In this document: positions 26,056 to 34,363 of the stretch, in pieces | Numbering within the stretch: the first letter of the stretch is position 1 | Layout: the number at the start of each line of letters is the position of its first letter | Virus record (IMG/VR): IMGVR_UViG_3300037991_004971 | Span: 1 to 62,672 of that record | DNA from: a virus | Lineage: Duplodnaviria; Caudoviricetes | Length of the DNA stretch: 62,672 nt | Reading direction: 5' to 3' (one strand) | Program-made: the position numbers and the translations under genes | The notes under the pieces: generated by a model | What the model was told of the DNA's origin: nothing | The model's database searches: none | The model's input: the letters and a program-made list of their open reading frames with translations, nothing else

Positions 26056-26105
26056 ATTATACCATACTTTTAGGGCTTGACAATATTGGATTTCATCAGT
26101 AGAAT
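26056..26105. promoter_or_regulatory. Overlapping divergent sigma70 promoters: minus strand towards gp55, plus strand with no downstream ORF
   Basis: Minus strand TTGTCA-N16-TATAAT with a TG extension; plus strand TTGACA (26077-82)-N17-TAGAAT (26100-05). Confidence 0.7.
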
Positions 26106-26164
26106 CTCTTTGTTGGTTTTGAAGAGAAGGCTATAGCTTAGCTATCTATATTACTTAAAGAGAC

Positions 26165-26581
26165 TTAGGTAGGATCTTCAGTAGCATCCTTTCTAGTATT
26201 ATAGAGTTTCTCTAGCATCTTTCTTGCTTCAGAGACCGTAGAGAGATATCCCATCTTTTCATTAATGGATACCTTACCATCAATCTCTACATCAACATCA
26301 TCTTCTTCAAGATATCTATCGTAGAACTCAATCATTTTTTTATCTTTAACTTCAGACATCGTAATAATACGCTCATAGTTAATGAGGTAGATATCTTCTG
26401 TTGCTAGTTCTAACCAAGGTTTAACTTTTACATATTGTCCTGTACCATTAGACAGTACTTTCATAGTAACAGGACTTTGTACTAAGACCATTGGAGTCCC
26501 ATTATTATCATCAACGGAGCATAGAGCAAAGATCTCTTCCCCAGTTACTAGTTTTATGACTCCATAGAATTCATCACTCAT
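26165..26581 (-). CDS. Conserved T4-like cyanophage protein, possible Sm-like fold
   Basis: IKLVTGEEIFA...VKPW...IITMSE; usual position between uvsW and gp55. Confidence 0.85.
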   Translation of the reverse strand: MSDEFYGVIKLVTGEEIFALCSVDDNNGTPMVLVQSPVTMKVLSNGTGQYVKVKPWLELATEDIYLINYERIITMSEVKDKKMIEFYDRYLEEDDVDVEIDGKVSINEKMGYLSTVSEARKMLEKLYNTRKDATEDPT

Positions 26582-28048
26582 TTAGTTTTTTAGTGGTATG
26601 TTTACAATGTCATAATTAAACTTCTCTTCATTGTAAATTTTGATTCGTTCAATTAAATGATTTAAAGTGTAATTTTTTCTTGAGTTGCTACTAATATCAT
26701 CAGCAATATCATATAAAGTAGCTCTTGTCTTCTGATTACCTTTCCTCAGAACTCTACCAATAGATTGAAGATTTCTGATTCTTGATTTAGAAGGTGATGC
26801 AAATATTATGTTGTGTAGATTTTTGATGTTAATACCAGTGGAAAAGGTTCCATACGAGGCCACGATAATCGCATTATTCTCTTTCTCAGTGATTTCTCGT
26901 ACCTTCTCTCGGTCTTGGGTATCCACTCCACCATGAACAAAAAAGACATGCCTTTCAACATCTACTATATTGCTATTTATCATTTCGTATAAAGGTTCCC
27001 CATGACCTTCAACTCTTGCAAAGAGAATCAAAGTATTACCTTTAAGATCTAAAGCAAGATTACGAATGAATTTATTCCTTCTTTCATGATTTATAATATA
27101 TTGAACCTCATCCTCAAAGGTTTCAAATTTATTCGGTGGGTGTTTCAATAGAAGTACATTAATATCTAAAGTGGCAACATGCCCCTTCTTCATTAACTCT
27201 TCAGTACGGATGATTTTATATGATGGACCGAATAAACCTTCCAATACCCATTTATGAGTTTGTGATCCATCTAGGGTTCCAGTAAATCCAAATCGATACT
27301 TCGCATCACAAAGTTTTGACATTATAGATATTAGTGACTTACTTTTAAACTGGTGCGCCTCATCCCCAATAACAACTGAGAATTTCTCAAAATACTTTCG
27401 GGGGAGTTTATAGATGGACTGCCAGGTAGTGATAATAACTTGGGAATTTGTTTCCCTTTCTCTACCAGCGTATATCTTGTGGCAATATGAATCTACGTCC
27501 CAGCCATAGTCTGCAAAATCTTTATACATCTGCTCTACTAGGGAAGTCGTCGGAACAACTATCAGAATATTTTGTCCGCGCTCAGCATAATATCGAACAA
27601 TCGAGTATATCATCAGAGATTTTCCCGAAGCAGTTGGGGATATCAACAGTCTTCTATTATGCTTTAGAGCGCCGTGTACTCCGTCAATCTGGTAGTCTCT
27701 AGGTTTATACTTAGAGATAGCAGTCATATAATCTTTAACACCTTCCTCTGATATTGTAGGATTCGTTTCAAACGGAAGTCCATAATATTTGTTTTCCATA
27801 AATTCATAGGTATATTCATGATCCTTACAGAACTGAACTACCTTATCAAGTAAACCTACATATATTTCTTTTGTCTGAATATTGAAAAGACGAATCTTAC
27901 CGTCCCAATGCTTGCTGCGATATTGCGGCATAAATTTAGCGCCAGGAACCTCAAAGGTAAACTGGTCAGCAAGTTCGTAATAGACATGAGGTTCTGCATC
28001 TATCGTGATGAAGACCTCATTTTTCTTTGCAATAATCAAATGTGACAT
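26582..28048 (-). CDS. uvsW: UvsW SF2 RNA-DNA/DNA-DNA helicase
   Basis: SPTASGKS, DEAH, FTGT, STGINI, QSIGRVLR. Confidence 0.97.
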   Translation of the reverse strand: MSHLIIAKKNEVFITIDAEPHVYYELADQFTFEVPGAKFMPQYRSKHWDGKIRLFNIQTKEIYVGLLDKVVQFCKDHEYTYEFMENKYYGLPFETNPTISEEGVKDYMTAISKYKPRDYQIDGVHGALKHNRRLLISPTASGKSLMIYSIVRYYAERGQNILIVVPTTSLVEQMYKDFADYGWDVDSYCHKIYAGRERETNSQVIITTWQSIYKLPRKYFEKFSVVIGDEAHQFKSKSLISIMSKLCDAKYRFGFTGTLDGSQTHKWVLEGLFGPSYKIIRTEELMKKGHVATLDINVLLLKHPPNKFETFEDEVQYIINHERRNKFIRNLALDLKGNTLILFARVEGHGEPLYEMINSNIVDVERHVFFVHGGVDTQDREKVREITEKENNAIIVASYGTFSTGINIKNLHNIIFASPSKSRIRNLQSIGRVLRKGNQKTRATLYDIADDISSNSRKNYTLNHLIERIKIYNEEKFNYDIVNIPLKN

Positions 28049-28071
28049 TACATATGATGCACTCATATGTT

Positions 28072-28095
28072 TATTTATTAGGGGTTGTCAACCCC
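28072..28095 (-). promoter_or_regulatory. Late promoter AATAAATA preceded by the palindrome GGGGTTG-A-CAACCCC
   Basis: ATAAATA at 28072-78; palindrome at 28081-95, upstream of uvsW. Confidence 0.55.
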
Positions 28096-28122
28096 CCCTA
28101 TATGCCCCTACAAGGGGTTTTA

Positions 28123-28521
28123 TCAGACCTTTTTCATCAAGATATCTTTCTTGATTTGAAGTGGTTTCTTGGGTGGATTTGGATTCTGGAGCATCTTATA
28201 TTGACCATAGAGTTTAGAATCTCTATGTGCATTTGCTTCAGGTAAATTCTTCTCTCTACTTGCTATTCCTTCTTTTTTTCTTCCGTAGTCAAGAATATCT
28301 TTTTCAGTTTGTTGTGCTTCTTTATTCTTTCTAAGTCTTCTTGCCTTATCGACAAGTGCATCTACTCTTTTTCTTTCACTATCGGAAAGTCCAGTCTCTC
28401 TATTTGTAATTGCCTTAACTGCTTTAACTGCACCACCGACTACTGGAACTGCCATCTTAATGATTCCAGCTGCTGCTGGAATCGCAATGGCTGCTTCAAT
28501 AAACTGATTGTAGGTCTTCAT
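28123..28521 (-). CDS. Putative head internal protein with a capsid-targeting N-terminus
   Basis: MKTYNQFIEA resembles the T4 IPII/IPIII CTS MKTYQEFIAE; basic C-terminal half. Confidence 0.65.
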   Translation of the reverse strand: MKTYNQFIEAAIAIPAAAGIIKMAVPVVGGAVKAVKAITNRETGLSDSERKRVDALVDKARRLRKNKEAQQTEKDILDYGRKKEGIASREKNLPEANAHRDSKLYGQYKMLQNPNPPKKPLQIKKDILMKKV

Positions 28522-28676
28522 CAGTCAACGATTAGGCTATACCACTCATCGCTCATGCCACTGATAATTTTATCAGCACCTTCTCTGTCAGCAGCATAAT
28601 TCTCTTCAATCAGATGTGCTACTACTTTTTCGTAGTGCTCATGAATCTGCTTTGCTTCTTTGGGTGTGGGTTTCAT
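28521..28676 (-). CDS. Small late hypothetical protein (51 aa)
   Basis: MKPTPKEAKQIHEHYEKVVAHLIEENYAADREGADKIISGMSDEWYSLIVD; CTAAATA upstream; TGATG overlap with the next gene. Confidence 0.7.
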   Translation of the reverse strand: MKPTPKEAKQIHEHYEKVVAHLIEENYAADREGADKIISGMSDEWYSLIVD

Positions 28677-28706
28677 TGCTATCAATATTTTTTACTATTT
28701 AGACAG

Positions 28707-28925
28707 TTATTCCACTTTATACTTATATTCTAAGATCATGCGATAAAAGAAATCTTTACATGCATTAGTTCTTTCTTTATCATATTCATCAGTGAATGTA
28801 CCCTTCTCAGAATGGTACACTAGTGCTTTATATATTTGATGACAATCCCTAATATCTAATTCTATTTCAACATATGGAACATCATTGTTCTCATCATAAT
28901 CACTTTCGTAATTGTATTCAGTCAT
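28707..28925 (-). CDS. Acidic hypothetical protein (paralogue of the next ORF)
   Basis: LDIRDCHQIY...FYRMILEY. Confidence 0.7.
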   Translation of the reverse strand: MTEYNYESDYDENNDVPYVEIELDIRDCHQIYKALVYHSEKGTFTDEYDKERTNACKDFFYRMILEYKYKVE

Positions 28926-29143
28926 TTTTCATGGAAACTATAGTCTAGCATCATTCTATACAAGGATTGTCTAAGATATCGAAGATGTTCTTGTTCATCA
29001 ACAGGTCTTGCTGGAGCACCAGGCCAATTTTTGAATGTTTCTTCGACACAATGGTGCAGTAGACGAATATCTTCGATCTTCAAATTAATTTGGTAATCGT
29101 ATTCTTCTTCTTCCATTAGAATCCTGCTTGGAACTTTTGCCAC
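28922..29143 (-). CDS. Hypothetical protein (start probably MEEEEY, a few codons downstream)
   Basis: LKIEDIRLLH...WPG...EQE.L...LYRMMLDY. Confidence 0.7.
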   Translation of the reverse strand: MAKVPSRILMEEEEYDYQINLKIEDIRLLHHCVEETFKNWPGAPARPVDEQEHLRYLRQSLYRMMLDYSFHEK

Positions 29144-29544
29144 TCAATTGCATTCTTTATCTGGAATGTTCTATTAGAGACATTTTTGATAACCTCTTCT
29201 AGAAACTTCAATGTTACATTGTAATATTTTATTTTCATATCAACTGCAGATAATTTTTGATCCGCATCTAGATACCTTTGAATGGCATCTTTTTCTCTCA
29301 CCTTATACGGAAATGGCTCTTCCGCGTAGACTTCAGCTGTTGCTTTGCCTGTATAGTAGTTATACCGTTCTAACTTTACACGATTGTAAGATTCCTGTGC
29401 TCTTTCGCGAAGGAGCATAATTGTATTATATACTGTATAGTATTTTGAATGCAATTGTGGAATCTTCAAAGATTCATCATGTAGGTTATCAGGATCAATG
29501 ACAGAGTCTTTCTGCCACATCTCTTGAACTTTATCAAGATCCAT
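29116..29544 (-). CDS. uvsY: Recombination mediator UvsY
   Basis: W.KDSVID...ESLKIPQLHSKY...YYTGK...R.FQIKNAIEW.KFQAG. Confidence 0.95.
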   Translation of the reverse strand: MDLDKVQEMWQKDSVIDPDNLHDESLKIPQLHSKYYTVYNTIMLLRERAQESYNRVKLERYNYYTGKATAEVYAEEPFPYKVREKDAIQRYLDADQKLSAVDMKIKYYNVTLKFLEEVIKNVSNRTFQIKNAIEWQKFQAGF

Positions 29545-30083
29545 CAGATAGAAGAAGTTAGTTCGTATATAGTATACTTGAAGGTTGCCTCTGCTGTAAA
29601 GTATTCAACATCGCTTGTTGTAGCATCAAAATCTAAAGATGTCAAGGAGATTGGAAATAAATCTTTAAACTTCACAGCAGCAATCTCTCTAAGATTACTA
29701 TTCAATATTCTAAGTGTACCATCAGAAAACGCTTGCTTAGAATCTCTTATGCCACCTTTATCAGTGGTCAGATCTTCATATTGCTTTGCTGAATCTGGAA
29801 ATCCCAAACCATTTAACCAGTTATATACGCTAATATAATTTTCCATATTTTCATCAACCAAAAATCTCAAGGTAAAATCACCATAAGTTAATTTCTCACC
29901 TGGGATGTCAATATCCTTTAGATAAGATGGTTGAGTTGCAAGTGCTAATGATAATTCTGGAATCCTAGCACTATTAGAAAAGAAATCTACTTTTGGATAT
30001 TTTCCAAGACTAAACTTGAAACCAATACCCGTTAGGTAGTTTCTATTTGCTATTTGATTTACTAGAGGTCCTGCAGCAGCCAT
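29544..30083 (-). CDS. gp3: Tail completion / tube terminator gp3
   Basis: NYL...FKF...P.VDFF...IPG.KL.YGD..LRFLVDE.MENY...FPISL...F; located between gp23 and uvsY. Confidence 0.92.
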   Translation of the reverse strand: MAAAGPLVNQIANRNYLTGIGFKFSLGKYPKVDFFSNSARIPELSLALATQPSYLKDIDIPGEKLTYGDFTLRFLVDENMENYISVYNWLNGLGFPDSAKQYEDLTTDKGGIRDSKQAFSDGTLRILNSNLREIAAVKFKDLFPISLTSLDFDATTSDVEYFTAEATFKYTIYELTSSI

Positions 30084-30100
30084 TGCTATTTTTTAGTTAT

Positions 30101-30739
30101 TTAGAACGATAAGTTAAAAGATATTGATATCCGATCTTCCTCGGTATTATTTGTACCTACAGAATGTTTAAGTGCTGCGGGAAATAACCACATTTGTCCT
30201 TCTATCGGATATCTAATCGTACTTTCTCCTCCAGTATATGTTTGAGTTATAAATTGATTTCCAAAGACTAATGCTTCTCTTGGATCAAATATATTTAAGA
30301 GACCGCAATCACCTTCGGGAATTTTTACATAGTAAACACCTGCAAGATCACAACATGGATGATTGTGCTGCTGATTTAGTCCTCCTTTTGGACTTACATT
30401 TGCCCAAATATTAACTGTTTTTATTTCAGTTATCTGGGGTGTAAATGGTAATTTTGATATAACTGTTTCTAATTCTTTAATGAATGGATGAAAAATATCT
30501 CCATTAGTACCATGTATTTTTGAAAAATCTCTTACAATCTCATAAGATTCGCTATGGTATCCATTTTTATTAGATCTATTAACACCACTATCAATTGATT
30601 TTAATTCGTAAATATCCTTTTCCAGTTTGCGATTATCAAACTCTTGTAAGGTTGCAGTGAATAATGGCGTTTGAAACAGCATCTGGTGTTCAAGACCATA
30701 TTCCTCATCAATGTAATGAGTAGGAACTTTGAAAGACAT
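30101..30739 (-). CDS. 2OG-Fe(II) oxygenase (TIGR02466-like)
   Basis: LF.TP...SNKNGYHS...WANV...HNHP..DLAGVYY...DPR...LFPA.L.H.V..N...RISISFN. Confidence 0.92.
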   Translation of the reverse strand: MSFKVPTHYIDEEYGLEHQMLFQTPLFTATLQEFDNRKLEKDIYELKSIDSGVNRSNKNGYHSESYEIVRDFSKIHGTNGDIFHPFIKELETVISKLPFTPQITEIKTVNIWANVSPKGGLNQQHNHPCCDLAGVYYVKIPEGDCGLLNIFDPREALVFGNQFITQTYTGGESTIRYPIEGQMWLFPAALKHSVGTNNTEEDRISISFNLSF

Positions 30740-30767
30740 AACAAATCATCATATACACTATGTAGAC

Positions 30768-30794
30768 AAAAAAAAGGGATCCCGAAGGATCCCC
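30768..30794 (-). terminator. Rho-independent terminator after gp23
   Basis: GGGATCC-TTCG-GGATCCC followed by T8. Confidence 0.9.
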
Positions 30795-30822
30795 TTGAAG
30801 TGAACGCCCTGTAGGGCAAGAA

Positions 30823-32220
30823 TCACATGAGGTTGGCAACCTTGACGCGACGATAGTAGCGGTTGGAGTTGCGGGTGAGGGTTCCCATGCCCTGGGTAGC
30901 ACCCTGAGAGAAGGGGTTCTCGACGATGCCGTAGCGAGTCTTGAAGCCAATCTTGGGTTGGAAGGTGTCCTGACCAACGGCGCGAACCATTTGGAGGGGA
31001 ACATAAGGGCAGTAGAATAGACCTGCGTCGTAAGGGGAAGAACCCTTATAACCAACAACATAGTACTGGTTAGCAGAGACATTAGCAGAATAAGGATCGA
31101 TGTATACACGATACTTACCTTGTAGCACACCAGCGAAGGTGTTGCCAGTGTCATCAACATTGAGACCAGCGTTGAGGGCAGGGGTGTAATCTAGTACACC
31201 AGCCATGGTTAGAGCGGAGGCAACATCTGCGGAGCAGAGGATCATGTTACCCTTGCCTCTACGAGTGCGCTGGGCAATCGCGTTAGCATCTCTTTCCATC
31301 TGGAAGATGAGACCCTTGAACTTCTCAACACTCCAGCGTCCGTTGGAGTCGGTGTCGAGGTCGAAAGTACCACCGTTAGCAACATTAGCCTGAGCACCAG
31401 GTTCTGCTACATTGTAGATAGTACGGATAACTTCACGGTTGATCTCAGCAAGAATCTCAGTAGAGAGAATGTTTGCGAGTTCTGCTTCAGCGTTTAGACC
31501 GTGAATTGCCTTGAGGTCTTGAGCAAGCTCTAGGCTGTACTCTGCCTTGAGGGCGCGGCTCTTAGCGGTTACAGTGACCTTCTCGATTGAGAATGCCATC
31601 TGGTTGAAGTGATCGCCAGCCTCGGAACCGAGTGCTTCAGCGTCATCGGTACGCATACCCTGACCAACATTGTAGTCAGTAGCGTTAGCTTGAGCAGCAG
31701 CAGGATTGAGTAGACCAGGGTTGGATCCACGCTGAGTAGTAGTACCAAGACCAACGGTGGTATTGGTATCTGCAGAGGATAGATCGAATCCGTCGTCCTG
31801 TCCAGAGAATGCAGTATCTGCTTCGTTGAATAGGGCTTCGGTGCCAGACTGAGTCTTGTAGCGGGAGCGCATTGCAAAGATTAGTCCAGTAGGACCGTTC
31901 ATTGGCTGCACACCAGCGAGGTCATAAGCGACCAAGTTAGGCATAGAGCGTCTGATCAAGGAGATCAGTACGGGATCGAAACCAGCAACAGGACCAGCTG
32001 CAGTAGCGTCGGCGGAGAAACCAGCAGCGGAACCGCTACCAGTGTTCATGTTGGGGGTTTCGGAGAGGAAGGAACGCTCTTCGCGTAGTTCCTTCTCTTG
32101 GTTTTCTAACAGGACAGCGGTAACCGCTCTACGATGTGAATCTTTGATGGGATCAAGTCCATCATAATCGAGAATTGGTGCCCACTTCTCCTGTAGATGT
32201 TCAGAATTGTACATCTGCAT
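30823..32220 (-). CDS. gp23: Major capsid protein gp23
   Basis: EKWAPIL, LLENQE, FDPVLISLIRR, GVQPMNGPTG, SRALKAEYS.ELAQDL, YCPYVPL, GFKTRYG. Confidence 0.99.
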   Translation of the reverse strand: MQMYNSEHLQEKWAPILDYDGLDPIKDSHRRAVTAVLLENQEKELREERSFLSETPNMNTGSGSAAGFSADATAAGPVAGFDPVLISLIRRSMPNLVAYDLAGVQPMNGPTGLIFAMRSRYKTQSGTEALFNEADTAFSGQDDGFDLSSADTNTTVGLGTTTQRGSNPGLLNPAAAQANATDYNVGQGMRTDDAEALGSEAGDHFNQMAFSIEKVTVTAKSRALKAEYSLELAQDLKAIHGLNAEAELANILSTEILAEINREVIRTIYNVAEPGAQANVANGGTFDLDTDSNGRWSVEKFKGLIFQMERDANAIAQRTRRGKGNMILCSADVASALTMAGVLDYTPALNAGLNVDDTGNTFAGVLQGKYRVYIDPYSANVSANQYYVVGYKGSSPYDAGLFYCPYVPLQMVRAVGQDTFQPKIGFKTRYGIVENPFSQGATQGMGTLTRNSNRYYRRVKVANLM

Positions 32221-32272
32221 TTGAAATTTACCTCTTTAAAAAGTTATAAGTTTGAATTTAATTATTTAAAAA

Positions 32273-33373
32273 TCACTTTTTAGCAGCTCTGGAAAGAGTA
32301 TCCAGATAGGCTTGCATCGTTGGATTTAGATCGCTAGATGCAACTTCGTCAGTTGAAACCTCTTCTGAAAGATTCTCAGAGGTGCTCTTTGGAGTGCTAG
32401 TTTTCCCACTGAAGTATGACTCCTTGAGGGTTCCTAGTTTCTCACGATAGTCTGACTCACTTTCAAACTCAACATTTTCTGCAAGAGTAGCAAGCTTCTC
32501 TTTCTGAGTGTCTGCAAGACCTTCAGCCACATCTGCAAAAATTACATCTGCGGTGGATTCTGCTAATCTACGATTTAGAGCAACATTGGCTTCAATTTGC
32601 TCGTTGAGTTTATCCTCCATTTCATCAAGTTTATCTACCATGCTATTAAGTACATCGTATTTCTCTTCAGGGATAGTTACATAATGTTCTTCAAATAGTG
32701 ACTTCATACCTTCTAGGAAGGATTCAGTCATTTCTGTCTTGAGACCAGCTTCAACTTGGAGAGCATTCTCTTGAATCCAAGCATCAGCAACATACTCAAG
32801 ATAAGAATCAACACGCTCAGTTAAACCAGTTTTGATGGTTTCTAGTTCTTCAACTAGTGCTTGAGCATAAGACTCGTTGAGTTCTTCCTTGATTTCAGCA
32901 ACCTTAGTTTTGATTGCGGTCTCAAAAATTGTTCTAGCTTTGTTCTGGAAGTCTTCAGATAGTTCTTCGCCAGCAATCAATGCTTCGAGGTCTTCCTCAA
33001 CATTGATTTCAGCAACGATCTCTTCTTCAGCAACCACTTCCTCTTCAGTAGTTTCTTCTTCAGCAACTACTTCTTCTTCAGTGGTTTCTTCCTCGGCAAC
33101 AACTTCTTCTGCAGGAGTTTCATCTTCAGAAACAACCTCTTGTCCCTCTTCGACTTCGTCAGATACTGCTTCAGCTTTAGCAGCCTTAGCATTGACTACA
33201 TCTTTTACCTGTGCAAGTGTTGCGGCAGGATCCTTGAGCTTTGCAGAATCGTCGTCGGGACGATAGTTTTCGGGGGTAGGTCCACCAAGGTCTTCCACAC
33301 TAGCACCTGATGAGGGCATAGCCTCAGCAGCGGCGGCACCTTTGGTTACTACGTTTTCTTCGATGTTTTCCAT
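32273..33373 (-). CDS. gp22: Prohead core scaffold protein gp22
   Basis: Very acidic; LSEDF..KA.TIFE.A, VDSYL.YV...W..EN, TLKESYF. Contains about 3 tandem EEVVAEEETTE repeats. Confidence 0.95.
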   Translation of the reverse strand: MENIEENVVTKGAAAAEAMPSSGASVEDLGGPTPENYRPDDDSAKLKDPAATLAQVKDVVNAKAAKAEAVSDEVEEGQEVVSEDETPAEEVVAEEETTEEEVVAEEETTEEEVVAEEEIVAEINVEEDLEALIAGEELSEDFQNKARTIFETAIKTKVAEIKEELNESYAQALVEELETIKTGLTERVDSYLEYVADAWIQENALQVEAGLKTEMTESFLEGMKSLFEEHYVTIPEEKYDVLNSMVDKLDEMEDKLNEQIEANVALNRRLAESTADVIFADVAEGLADTQKEKLATLAENVEFESESDYREKLGTLKESYFSGKTSTPKSTSENLSEEVSTDEVASSDLNPTMQAYLDTLSRAAKK

Positions 33374-33428
33374 GTCTTGTAAATTGTTACCAACGGACAG
33401 TTTTACTAGAGAATCTTGTTAGAATCTG

Positions 33429-33440
33429 TATTTATTTATA
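33429..33440 (-). promoter_or_regulatory. T4-type late promoter TATAAATA upstream of gp22
   Basis: Exact gp55 consensus. Similar sites occur at 34133-39, 34361-68, 38917-23, 48453-60 and 57791-98, each upstream of structural genes. Confidence 0.8.
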
Positions 33441-33452
33441 GTATTATTAAAC

Positions 33453-34103
33453 TTAGAGGTTATTTAGAAAATTTTGGAATAAACCAAGCTTATGTTCCTC
33501 TAAAGCATTTGAAGAAACTAAGGTATTAATTGATCTCTTAGTTTTTTCTGCGAGTTGTTCACGAAGGATACCTCCTTCCCAAACCCACTCTCTTCCTTCC
33601 ATAATTCCATTCACAAAAGCGTCAGGGGCGGAAGGGTCAGCAACAATATCAGCAGCAGTCGCTAGTTGAAAATCTTCACCAACAACTTTGCATCCATTGC
33701 GGTCTTCTTTTAGTGATCCAACACCACGGGAGGAAACACCCAACATTACACCTTCACCGAGTAAAGATTTTGCAATCTTACCCATAGGTGTTTCAAGAAG
33801 TTTTGCCTTTCCTACAAAGTTATTTCCTTCTTGCTTGAGGGAAACAATTTTATGGGAAACACGATCAAGGTTTACAGTAGGTCCATCAGGATGACCAAGT
33901 TCGCCAAGAGCACGACCCTTGTTTACGAAAGTTTCGCAATAGCGATTTACTTCCCTAGAAAGAGTCTCAACGGGATACATTCTTCCATTGCGATTTTTGA
34001 TTCCGCCTTGGAGAAATACACCTTCGATATGTAGGGTCTTGTTAGATCCCTTGCCCTCAGTAATGATTTTTACCTGAGAGATTTCTTCCGTAATGAGTTT
34101 CAT
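33453..34103 (-). CDS. gp21: Prohead protease gp21
   Basis: MKLITE, IEGVFLQ, NRNGR.Y, GELGHP, GVSSRG.GS, DIVADPSAP. Confidence 0.98.
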   Translation of the reverse strand: MKLITEEISQVKIITEGKGSNKTLHIEGVFLQGGIKNRNGRMYPVETLSREVNRYCETFVNKGRALGELGHPDGPTVNLDRVSHKIVSLKQEGNNFVGKAKLLETPMGKIAKSLLGEGVMLGVSSRGVGSLKEDRNGCKVVGEDFQLATAADIVADPSAPDAFVNGIMEGREWVWEGGILREQLAEKTKRSINTLVSSNALEEHKLGLFQNFLNNL

Positions 34104-34161
34104 TGTATAACTCGTTGTATTCCTATACTTTATATTTATTATTTTTATAAAGTGTTAGAAA

Positions 34162-34338
34162 TCACTCCTCAGATTCTGCCTCTATTTCCTGCTCTGGTTC
34201 GTTAAAAACAGTATCAGCAACAGAAGGTCTTAGTGCTTCGATTCTTTCTGATGCTTTTGCATAAAGTGCATCTTTGATACGGTCTTGAATATCAGACGCG
34301 GATGCATCAGTTGCAATCAAATCAACAATATCTTCCAT
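34162..34338 (-). CDS. Small prohead core protein (gp67-like position, 58 aa)
   Basis: MEDIVDLIATDASASDIQDRIKDALYAKASERIEALRPSVA... with an acidic tail; between gp20 and gp21, with TATAAATA upstream. Confidence 0.75.
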   Translation of the reverse strand: MEDIVDLIATDASASDIQDRIKDALYAKASERIEALRPSVADTVFNEPEQEIEAESEE

Positions 34339-34363
34339 GAATTTAAGTGAATGCTTGGATTAT

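Noticed and set aside
28081-28120. Sigma70 promoter from the TTGACA inside the GGGGTTGACAACCCC palindrome
   Set aside because: There is no acceptable -10 at 16-18 nt spacing; only the adjacent late promoter is supported.
30708-31160. 150-aa alternative-frame minus ORF overlapping the gp23 3' end (likewise 31569-31877, 4189-4572, 4597-4926, 16767-17084)
   Set aside because: These are out-of-frame products of strongly biased codon usage. The first runs through the gp23 terminator, and none has a motif.
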